IMG/VR virus record: IMGVR_UViG_3300015262_000001
Coordinates: 1-64,000 of that record
Reading direction: 5' to 3' (one strand)
Length of the DNA: 64,000 bases
Shown here: positions 48,563 to 56,115 of the stretch, piece by piece
Position numbering within the stretch: the stretch's first letter is position 1
Layout: each line of letters opens with the position of its first letter
Position numbers and translations under genes: made by a program
The notes under the pieces: generated by a model
The model's database searches: none
What the model saw: only the letters and a program-made list of their open reading frames with translations
What the model was told of the DNA's origin: nothing

Positions 48563-48998
48563 TGATCGCCTCCGGACTTGGATTATCGCTGATGGTGTGG
48601 CCAGTGACCTTCGCCTTTACAGTGCGTGTGACCTTAGGTTTGGCATTAGCTTGCAACGTAGCATCCAAATCCATTTCGATGTGGGCTTGGTGAAACCCAT
48701 GGGAGATCTTCTTAAAGCCGATCTTGACTTTAAGACGCGGATCCCATGATCGACGCTTCATTTCTTTTTCGATTGACTCTTTAAGCTGAAGCATAACGAG
48801 ATCTGGTGTCAGCATGTCGTAGTGCTCTTCGTACACGTTCCCCAATTGGTCTAAAAGTCTATCCTGCCGTGTTGGATGATTCATCATCTCTACTACGGCT
48901 TCCAGCATTCGTACAGCAATTGATTCCCTGACAGCGGGAACATCGTCCTTTTCCATTACTAAGCTATTGCCTAAGTTTAGGACATCGAATCTGATCAC
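48447..48998 (-). CDS. Hypothetical protein
   Basis: 183 aa; its C-terminal 116 nt overlap the next gene. Confidence 0.65.
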   Translation of the reverse strand: MIRFDVLNLGNSLVMEKDDVPAVRESIAVRMLEAVVEMMNHPTRQDRLLDQLGNVYEEHYDMLTPDLVMLQLKESIEKEMKRRSWDPRLKVKIGFKKISHGFHQAHIEMDLDATLQANAKPKVTRTVKAKVTGHTISDNPSPEAINEFLETVERRSIRRTPRLSDRQPTAVREPFERDLFAQQ

Positions 48999-49009
48999 TG
49001 CTGGCCCCT

Positions 49010-49339
49010 TTAGTATTTCAGTGTAACCAGAACTTGTTGCCGGAGTTTACCGAAAGTCTGTATTTTAACCACAGCGTCCCTAGGTACCCCCAACAGCTTA
49101 CTAGCTACCTGATCCCTTAACGCGTTAATGTCATTTCCCCAGATCCGGTGATAGGCTCTGGAGACCTCGAATGAATTAAACCCCTCATCGACGAGTATGG
49201 AATGGAGATCCATCGTGGATACAACACGATTTAAGCAACTTTCGCTTCCACCCACTGGTACGTCCAGGGTATAGGATTTTAAATCCAGAGAGAAGCTTCT
49301 AGACACCTTCTTGACCCCTTTATAAAAACCACGCCTCAT
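49010..49339 (-). CDS. Hypothetical accessory protein
   Basis: Likely start MRRGFY; AT-rich. Confidence 0.55.
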   Translation of the reverse strand: MRRGFYKGVKKVSRSFSLDLKSYTLDVPVGGSESCLNRVVSTMDLHSILVDEGFNSFEVSRAYHRIWGNDINALRDQVASKLLGVPRDAVVKIQTFGKLRQQVLVTLKY

Positions 49340-49393
49340 AGTAATGCAGTCGGCTGTGGAAAAAGATATCAAAAAACAATATAGCAGCTATAA

Positions 49394-49419
49394 GGTACCG
49401 AGGATCACTCCCCGGTACC
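49394..49419 (-). terminator. Terminator after phuZ
   Basis: GGTACCG / CGGTACC stem, followed on the minus strand by TTATAGCTGCT and a T-run. Confidence 0.7.
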
Positions 49420-49438
49420 CTACGCTAGCTAAGCCGGC

Positions 49439-50437
49439 TTACATGAAGAAGCCTTTGTCATCCGCACCGGCAGAGAGATCCTTCTGCTGGGTGAAGGTCC
49501 CTTGAGTTTCGACCTTGCGGGTTTCCATTGCTTCGATGTGTTTCTCCAGCTCTTTCAGAGCTTCGCCGTGGTCCAGGACCATGTGCAGTTCTTCGGCATT
49601 GCTTGGGCGTTTGACGCCGTCGGCAAACACGCCGGTGGAACGGATCACGGTGCCGTTGAAACGGGGGATGACCGCATCGCTGCTGCCGAACAGAGACGAC
49701 ACTGCAACCGGAACTTTGCCCTTGAAGTCGGCAACGCCTTTCTCGTCGTAGAAGCGAATACGCGACATGGACGGTGGGACGCCGTAGTGCTTGCTGAAGT
49801 TCAGCAGGTTCTTCAGGTCGGTGTGGTCTTGTTCCTTGTTGTCGTTGGTCAGGAACAGGCTGGCGACATCGAGCTTGTCGATGATCATCTGGTTGACTTC
49901 ACCGCGAGTGTTGGTCATGGTGTTATCGAATTCCATGTACGGCACAACGCGGTTCAGCGAACCTGGAGTGGTCAGCGACGCGTACGAGCGGTAGCTGTTC
50001 ACGACGTTGATTTCTTCGACCTGGGAGGTCTTGTCGTTGACGAAGCACAGTACGACCAGTTGATCGCGTTCGAACAGCATGCGTGCCAGAACGAAAGCCA
50101 GCATCGAACCAGTACCGCCGCCGGTGGAGCAGACGATGATGTTGTAATCGCGCGGTTTGTGTTTGGTCAGGAACTGAGTGATGAACTGTTCAGCCTGCGG
50201 GTAGTTGGTTGCTTTGACTTTACCCGAACCCTTGGCCTTCTGGTCAGGATCGTTGGCAACAGCCATTTGCACAACTTCGAAGAGGTCGCTGGAACTGTTG
50301 CGGTCTGAGGAGTCCAGACCGACGAAGTAGGCGTTCTTGTTGCTGTCGGTGTGAGTACCCTTTTTCAGAGCCACGCCGATGTTAATACCGGTACCACCGC
50401 AGAGGAAATACGCCAAATCCGAGTTATTTGCATTCAT
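49439..50437 (-). CDS. phuZ: Phage tubulin PhuZ
   Basis: CGGTGINIG, the tubulin signature GGGTGS, DHTDL (T7 loop) and a short C-terminal tail ending DDKGFFM. Confidence 0.95.
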   Translation of the reverse strand: MNANNSDLAYFLCGGTGINIGVALKKGTHTDSNKNAYFVGLDSSDRNSSSDLFEVVQMAVANDPDQKAKGSGKVKATNYPQAEQFITQFLTKHKPRDYNIIVCSTGGGTGSMLAFVLARMLFERDQLVVLCFVNDKTSQVEEINVVNSYRSYASLTTPGSLNRVVPYMEFDNTMTNTRGEVNQMIIDKLDVASLFLTNDNKEQDHTDLKNLLNFSKHYGVPPSMSRIRFYDEKGVADFKGKVPVAVSSLFGSSDAVIPRFNGTVIRSTGVFADGVKRPSNAEELHMVLDHGEALKELEKHIEAMETRKVETQGTFTQQKDLSAGADDKGFFM

Positions 50438-50502
50438 GTGAAAGATTCTCTTTGAGTTACCAGTTGGAAGAATTCGTTAGACCGTTTATGGTCAACACAC
50501 AG

Positions 50503-50520
50503 GTAATGTAGGCTTGAAAT
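50503..50520 (-). promoter_or_regulatory. Early promoter motif upstream of phuZ
   Basis: Minus strand ATTTCAAGCCTACATTAC. Confidence 0.75.
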
Positions 50521-50789
50521 CTTTTTACATGATCTCAACCCATTGCCAACATTGCCTAAGAAGCATACCCCAAGTGAAAAAGAACCCCTGCTGCAAATGT
50601 GGCGACAGGGGGTGTCCTCAGAAAAAGACTTAACACTTGTGAGTGAGAATACCTGCAAACCGAAGGACAGTAGGACCCACCTCCAATAAACACCTTCCGG
50701 ATAACCCAGCTATGAGAAAAACCGGTTGACGTGTGCAAGTATAAAATATATCTAGCGGGTAACAAAAAACAAAACGCGAAATAATCCCA

Positions 50790-50825
50790 CCGTACTCAAT
50801 CCCCCGTTAGAGAGATTGAGTACGG
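50790..50825 (-). terminator. Intrinsic terminator downstream of the HslV-like pair
   Basis: 12-bp stem CCGTACTCAATC / GATTGAGTACGG; TTTTGTTTTTTG lies a short way downstream on the minus strand. Confidence 0.75.
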
Positions 50826-50851
50826 GAGAGTACTTTGGCAGGTGGAGCTTT

Positions 50852-50935
50852 TCCCAACGATGTATTGTCGGGACAGCCAGTCGTTAATGGGGGACAACTG
50901 ACTGTTGCGGGTAGTGGACTCCAAACTATTCCCAC
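50852..50935 (-). ncRNA. Candidate structured 3'-UTR or small RNA (three abutting hairpins)
   Basis: Three back-to-back stems whose imperfect positions are G-U pairs on the minus strand; no ORF; no family recognised. Confidence 0.3.
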
Positions 50936-50998
50936 GGGTACGCCAGGGCTAACTATCTTCAAGCAGGAGCAAACTCACGAGTTCACATAGTATTAAAA

Positions 50999-51607
50999 CT
51001 ATGCGACCTTGGCGTCGGCTTCAGCGATAGCTTCTTCGGTAACCGCCTTTGCAAGCTTGTCCATGGTTTCCTCGGTGGTTTCGAAGGTAGGACGCTTCGA
51101 AGGAGTTTCTGGCGCCGGTGGTACCTCGAAGATCTGGAGATTACCCCCGCACTCGATACACAGGTTGATCGCCGCCTTCACACCTGCACGGGCTGACTTA
51201 CCGATGGACATCACCGACAACGCGAATTGCGCACCGTCCCCAACGGCGAGGAATCCAGTTGCTGGGATGATGTTCAGTACGGTGTGCTTGTCGCTCTTGG
51301 TGGACTCAGACGGTATGACCTGGTAAGCCACGCCGTTTTCACCGATCACGATTGCGTCGAAGGTGTTATCGAACGACGACGCATCTGAGGTGTTATCGAT
51401 CCCGCTCTGCAACAACTTGCGGAACTGCGGATAAACCACAGGAGTGCCGATCACAGCAAATGCAATTGCCTTCACCCCGCAGATCTCCCAGTACTCCCCT
51501 TCGTCTGGTGTGTAGATCTTGCGGAACTCACTTGGACTGATCTGGCCGTCAGTGTGGATGGCCGAGTCGGTGACCATAAGTTTACCGTCGAATGCTGCTA
51601 CGGACAT
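50999..51607 (-). CDS. HslV/proteasome-beta-like Ntn protein, catalytically degenerate paralogue
   Basis: Clear paralogue of the upstream gene (DGKLMVTDS...RKI...EGEYW...SIGKSA), but with no Thr1, GSG changed to GDG and DKYSGG changed to CIECGG. Confidence 0.75.
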   Translation of the reverse strand: MSVAAFDGKLMVTDSAIHTDGQISPSEFRKIYTPDEGEYWEICGVKAIAFAVIGTPVVYPQFRKLLQSGIDNTSDASSFDNTFDAIVIGENGVAYQVIPSESTKSDKHTVLNIIPATGFLAVGDGAQFALSVMSIGKSARAGVKAAINLCIECGGNLQIFEVPPAPETPSKRPTFETTEETMDKLAKAVTEEAIAEADAKVA

Positions 51608-51622
51608 GATTTGTTTTCCTGA

Positions 51623-52168
51623 TCAGGCGGGTGTCGCTTCGGCGACGACCACTGGCCGCGTGGATTTGATGGCTGGTTTTGGTGGCAGATCCCAGATTTG
51701 CAGATCACCGCCCGAGTACTTGTCCAGTCGGATGGCTGCTCGTACTGCTGCCTCAGCAGATTTGCCGATAGACAGAACCCCCAAGACAAACGGCTGACCC
51801 GAACCTGCTGCTGCTGGTGGGAACAGGGGGAGCAAGTCCGTGTGAAGCGGCCGACCCTGACGCTTGTTGACCTGCCAGCGATAGCATTGCCCGTCCTCGG
51901 TGATCAGCAATGCGGCGAAACCAATTTCGTCGATGTCTTCGACTTTCGTTTTGTGAGTAACCCCGATACGGAGTTTCTCTTTGACCACTTCGATCGATTT
52001 ACCATCTCCCGAGATACCGGCGGCCAATACACGGTGGCCCTGTACATCCCAGTATTCCCCTTCCTCGGGTTCGTGTATCTTCCTGAGACCACCCGGTTGA
52101 ATAATCATACCGGCAGTGGCTTGTGAATCGCTGACCAGTTTCTTTCCGTCCCACGCTACGCTCGTCAT
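51623..52168 (-). CDS. HslV/proteasome-beta-like Ntn peptidase
   Basis: M-T-S-V-A-W-D-G (Thr1), DSQ, RKI (Lys33 equivalent), AGSG and DKYSGG. Confidence 0.8.
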   Translation of the reverse strand: MTSVAWDGKKLVSDSQATAGMIIQPGGLRKIHEPEEGEYWDVQGHRVLAAGISGDGKSIEVVKEKLRIGVTHKTKVEDIDEIGFAALLITEDGQCYRWQVNKRQGRPLHTDLLPLFPPAAAGSGQPFVLGVLSIGKSAEAAVRAAIRLDKYSGGDLQIWDLPPKPAIKSTRPVVVAEATPA

Positions 52169-52232
52169 GTTTGCCTCCTCATGTTTCTTTCAAATCGGTT
52201 TTCTAGAATATGGTTTCCTAGGTGACAAAGTA

Positions 52233-52250
52233 GTAATTTAGGTTTGAAAT
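52233..52250 (-). promoter_or_regulatory. Early promoter motif upstream of the HslV-like pair
   Basis: Minus strand ATTTCAAACCTAAATTAC. Confidence 0.7.
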
Positions 52251-52266
52251 ACTCCATCCCTCTGTA

Positions 52267-52389
52267 TACCTCGTGCGTGTGTACGCGGGCGTTTCTTTGC
52301 TTTTAAAAGCTTTAAAAGAGCAATAAAGAATAAATATATATAAATATATATTAGGTTCTTTAGCGCACGGAGCGCGTGTGCGCGAGGTA
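52267..52389. repeat. Nested inverted repeats around an AT-rich core in a ~620-bp divergent intergenic region
   Basis: TACCTCG...CGAGGTA outer arms, palindrome GCTTTTAAAAGC and AATATATAT-AA-ATATATATT. Confidence 0.65.
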
Positions 52390-52791
52390 AACAGAAGGGA
52401 AAGAATTTCCTTTGAATTTAGCCAATTGACAAAACAAAAAACCTACCAGAAATTTCCGAAGGAAACTAAAAACAAGAAAATACTCCTTTACCCCCGGCCG
52501 CGGCGCTGGATCTCAAATAGAATATATAGGCGAGATGATATTTAAATGCCGGTCTCTGAGTGAGGGTTTATATCCACCTCCATCGTCCCTCTCAAGATCG
52601 ATCAGAAGCCACCTAGGAAACGTTCCTAGAGGTTTTCAGCATACGAGGTACCCTACGGTACTAGTTTTGGAGATGAGGTTCTCCAAAGCGATTTTAGAAG
52701 GTCTTCACTTTTAGACTGGTCGCCCCAAAAGGGATGCTATGACCCCTTCTTAACCCAATTTATTTACACCGATTCCTAGGAGTGCTAGATT

Positions 52792-53637
52792 ATGAACGCG
52801 GTGGATTACGCCATCAATCGGGTCACCAATTGTGACATCGACGACTACCTGCTTAAACTTGCTTTCGAAGCCCCCAACGGTAACTTCGCTGGTAACTGGT
52901 ACAACATGGTTAACCACACGACCGTGGAACAGGGTATCCGTGAGAAAGTGATTCACCGTACTGTACTGCCAGCGTGTAATGCCAACGGTGGTAAGACCGA
53001 GCTTATCGACTTGAGCGGTGCTCGTATCCGTGACCTGGGTAACGCTTGTATCGAAGTGAACGTACCGGACATCGTGACCGGTGGTCGCAAGATCATTTCG
53101 GTAACGGAGATCTATCTGGGTTCGATGACTTCGTCGACTGGTATGTTGGGGATGAGTACCAATACCAACGACATGTGTGGTCAGGGCAGTGTCGGGGACA
53201 TGACTGAAGCGCTGATCGACAGCCTCAGTTCCAACCGTCAGATGCCGGTGACTTACAACAACATCCACATGACTGGTAACAACTGCTTCGTGATCTTTGG
53301 TTTGAACTCGGGTACTTACTCGATGTCGGCCAAGATGATCCTGGAGTTCGATGAAGGTCTGAGCAGTATTTCCACACGCCAGCATGAACACTTTGCTCAC
53401 CTGGTGGAACTGGCTGTTAAGGCGTACATCTACCGGACCTGCCGTCGTCCTACTCAGGAAGCGATTATCCGCAGCGGTATTTCTTTGAGCGACATCAAGG
53501 ATGACATCATGGAATACCGTGATGCCTGGAAAGACTACCACGAATACCTCACCACGGAATGGACCAAGCGGATGGCCTACAGTGACCGTCAGCGTGTGAC
53601 TGATGCCGTGCGCCGTTCTGTCCCAAGGAGATACTGA
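52792..53637 (+). CDS. Conserved phiKZ-like structural protein (possible neck/adaptor)
   Basis: 281 aa, AGGAG SD; function inferred weakly. Confidence 0.5.
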   Translation: MNAVDYAINRVTNCDIDDYLLKLAFEAPNGNFAGNWYNMVNHTTVEQGIREKVIHRTVLPACNANGGKTELIDLSGARIRDLGNACIEVNVPDIVTGGRKIISVTEIYLGSMTSSTGMLGMSTNTNDMCGQGSVGDMTEALIDSLSSNRQMPVTYNNIHMTGNNCFVIFGLNSGTYSMSAKMILEFDEGLSSISTRQHEHFAHLVELAVKAYIYRTCRRPTQEAIIRSGISLSDIKDDIMEYRDAWKDYHEYLTTEWTKRMAYSDRQRVTDAVRRSVPRRY

Positions 53638-55019
53638 TGACCTCGTTTATTGAACCCTCGATCTTCAGTTTGTTTGAAGGTACGGAAGAACACTCGATCC
53701 TGGCTAAGGGTGGGTTGTACCTGGAGCCGCTACACCCAAGTGAGATCCAGTCGGTAACAGGTGCTGAAGCTTTGCTGTCAGGTATCAACTTCGACAGTAA
53801 CCATGCCATCCTGGAAATCTGCAACAAGTTCGGTGACTTCCTGGTTATCGACGAGAAGTGGGCCAAGATACTGCGTCGTTACGTCTACTCGTTCGTAACC
53901 CGAAGTGTGGGCGTGGTGAGTCATATGGAGTTCTTCGGTTCTCCGTATCTCGGTTTGCACAAGATCACTTTCACCACGGCTGACCGTAACCAGTGGTTCT
54001 CTGAGATCTTCGACGTTGATGAAGAGGAACTCAAAGAAAACCTGCACGCAGCCAAAGCAGTGAACAAGGACTGGAGTGTTGTGGGTGATACCTTCAACCT
54101 GACCATTCCCTACCTGTTGTATCGGGTAAACCGCTCTAGCCTGAGCAAGGATACCAAGCACCAGGCGATGATCGATATCCTGTCGATGTATCACTACAAG
54201 TGTTTGACGTCGATCATTCACAACGACTATCCGTTTATGGCACGGAAAGAAGTGGTGCTGGAAACCTATAACCGTTTGAGTCTGAAATATGATATCAAGC
54301 GTTACGGTAGCTGGCGGGCTTTGATCGAGGCTCGGGCTGAGTTCATCATCAACCCGAAGACTGGTATCCACTACGATGCTTTCAGCAAAATGGATGACGA
54401 CAAGAAAATCGTCTACATGGTCGGGGATATCCAGAACCGGTTGCGTCGAGCGATCAACGACATCAACAAGGTGTTCCACGACGTCAAGAACAAAACCGAC
54501 ATCGTTCGGATTGACGGGGCAAAGGTAAACCTGGGCGATGAGTTGGCACTGAAGACGCAGACCAAGGAGATCACCCAGTTTGTTCTCTACCTTGATCGTA
54601 TCCTCACCGAGGAGACTTCGTTCTACAAGGACGAGTTGGTCAAGTATGCAGCTGATGCATTGGAAGGCTGTCCCCGCGACAAGCTGGCGTACGTCATCCA
54701 GCAGTTCCCGACGATGTACAACAACCCGAAGAAGCCGGAATACAAACAGTTTGCTGATGCGGTACTCCAGCACATGTTTGAATACCTGCACACCAATGGT
54801 ATTAAGAAAACCAACGTGTATGACGTCTTGATCAAGATGCGCGGTGCCTACGGGGCTCCTCGTAGCAAGAACGATACCGTCAAGGTGATCCGAGCCCTGG
54901 GTGATCAAATCATCAAAGAGCGAACAGGGGTCATAACCCAGCAAACCGTGCAACTGGTACGTACCGCACTGTGTCTGTACATCGTGTTGCGTATCCTGAG
55001 CAAGGACTATTTTGAGTAA
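53637..55019 (+). CDS. Conserved phiKZ-like hypothetical/structural protein
   Basis: 460 aa, TGATG coupling, all-helical. Confidence 0.65.
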   Translation: MTSFIEPSIFSLFEGTEEHSILAKGGLYLEPLHPSEIQSVTGAEALLSGINFDSNHAILEICNKFGDFLVIDEKWAKILRRYVYSFVTRSVGVVSHMEFFGSPYLGLHKITFTTADRNQWFSEIFDVDEEELKENLHAAKAVNKDWSVVGDTFNLTIPYLLYRVNRSSLSKDTKHQAMIDILSMYHYKCLTSIIHNDYPFMARKEVVLETYNRLSLKYDIKRYGSWRALIEARAEFIINPKTGIHYDAFSKMDDDKKIVYMVGDIQNRLRRAINDINKVFHDVKNKTDIVRIDGAKVNLGDELALKTQTKEITQFVLYLDRILTEETSFYKDELVKYAADALEGCPRDKLAYVIQQFPTMYNNPKKPEYKQFADAVLQHMFEYLHTNGIKKTNVYDVLIKMRGAYGAPRSKNDTVKVIRALGDQIIKERTGVITQQTVQLVRTALCLYIVLRILSKDYFE

Positions 55020-55028
55020 GGAGGTTGA

Positions 55029-55595
55029 ATGCATTACTTTAACGTGGATGGTCAAACAGAGCTGACGGTACTCTCCGCAATCGAACAGATCAAAGACCGA
55101 CTCACCCTGCAAGGCAAGAAGGTTGCCATCTGTACGGACGTTGGTGTTGGGTCTAACGCGCTTAGCTGTGACCGTGAACTATGGGTGACGCTTACTCACC
55201 CCGACAAGAGCAACGAGGAAAAGATCGTGGCTCTTCTAGAGGCCCGTTCAAAGTTCTACAAGGCAACCTTACTACCCTGCCTGGATGAGTGCGAAATCGT
55301 ACTGGTCAAAGGCGGTATGATTCATGACATGCGCTGGATGGACTACAAGGTAGATTCCTTTCAGACTGTCTTGAAGGAAAACCTGGAGATGTTACAATCT
55401 CTGGGCGGGATTGCTTACCCAGCAGGTGTCATCCTTGTGGAAGGGAAGGATGAGACAGATCCCATTGAAGGCTACAAAGAGATGTTTGAAACACGTGCCC
55501 AGCGGATGGGCGACGCCATGTCTCGTTTCAAATATGTTAACTACGAGTTTGGTAACGGCGGCCGCTCTGACATTGGGATGTTACTTAACCCTTAA
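55029..55595 (+). CDS. Thymidylate-kinase-fold protein with a destroyed P-loop (pseudokinase)
   Basis: Colinear by eye with Tmk: YFNVDG, ARSKFYKATLLPCL and YPAGVILVE. GGAGG SD. Confidence 0.6.
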   Translation: MHYFNVDGQTELTVLSAIEQIKDRLTLQGKKVAICTDVGVGSNALSCDRELWVTLTHPDKSNEEKIVALLEARSKFYKATLLPCLDECEIVLVKGGMIHDMRWMDYKVDSFQTVLKENLEMLQSLGGIAYPAGVILVEGKDETDPIEGYKEMFETRAQRMGDAMSRFKYVNYEFGNGGRSDIGMLLNP

Positions 55596-55612
55596 CACAC
55601 CGGAGACCAGTC

Positions 55613-56044
55613 ATGGATCTTCAACACTTCGTAGGAACGAAAATCGTTAAATCGAAACCGATGACAAAATCGGTATATAACGGTTACAGAGGCTGGGACA
55701 TGCCGGCTGATGAAGATGGCGCTGAAGAAGGCTATCTGGTCGAGTATTTGGACGGCGGTAAACCAAATCACCCTGACCACGCCGGTTACATTTCCTGGGC
55801 GCCCAAGGAACAGCATGAGAATGCTTACCTGAACATGGGCAACATGGGTAGCTATACACCCGAGCAACAAAAGCTTTTCGCGGAGAAAGTGCAGACACAG
55901 CACCGTATTGCAAGACTGCGCGAAGAGATCAATAGCGTTGACCCGCACTTGGTAACCGAGTGGGAAATTCAGCTCATGGTAACTCAGTTATCCTGTCTGG
56001 AAACTCTACTCAATGTGGTAACCGAACGGACGGAGTGGTTTTAA
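55613..56044 (+). CDS. Two-domain small phage protein (GTK...EGYLVEY...YISW.PK domain plus helical hairpin)
   Basis: 143 aa, GGAG SD. The N-terminal domain pattern is common in phage proteins; the function is unproven. Confidence 0.7.
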   Translation: MDLQHFVGTKIVKSKPMTKSVYNGYRGWDMPADEDGAEEGYLVEYLDGGKPNHPDHAGYISWAPKEQHENAYLNMGNMGSYTPEQQKLFAEKVQTQHRIARLREEINSVDPHLVTEWEIQLMVTQLSCLETLLNVVTERTEWF

Positions 56045-56063
56045 TTTTATGTAACTCCTCCCC

Positions 56064-56103
56064 TAACTACTCCCCTAGCCCGTCAAGGCTAGGGGAGTAG
56101 TTA
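56064..56103. terminator. Bidirectional terminator hairpin
   Basis: 17-bp stem TAACTACTCCCCTAGCC / GGCTAGGGGAGTAGTTA. Confidence 0.85.
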
Positions 56104-56115
56104 TGTTTGGTTGAC

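Noticed and set aside
48068-48998. Long gene overlaps (53 and 116 nt) as further frameshift candidates
   Set aside because: Each downstream gene has its own strong SD (GAGG, GGAGG) and I saw no slippery heptamer in the overlaps.
50556-50765. 69-aa ORF upstream of phuZ, and a TTGACG...TAAAAT sigma70-like pair nearby
   Set aside because: The ORF has no credible start context; the two boxes are only 10 nt apart, too close for sigma70.
50826-50995. GGA-rich plus strand as a possible RsmA/CsrA sponge RNA, or a tRNA
   Set aside because: Few GGAs fit the ANGGA-in-loop pattern and the wobble pairs favour the minus strand. No cloverleaf, T-loop or CCA end was found.
52738-52741. TATG as a late promoter before the 52792 gene
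   Set aside because: A 4-nt motif cannot be told from chance without transcription-start data.
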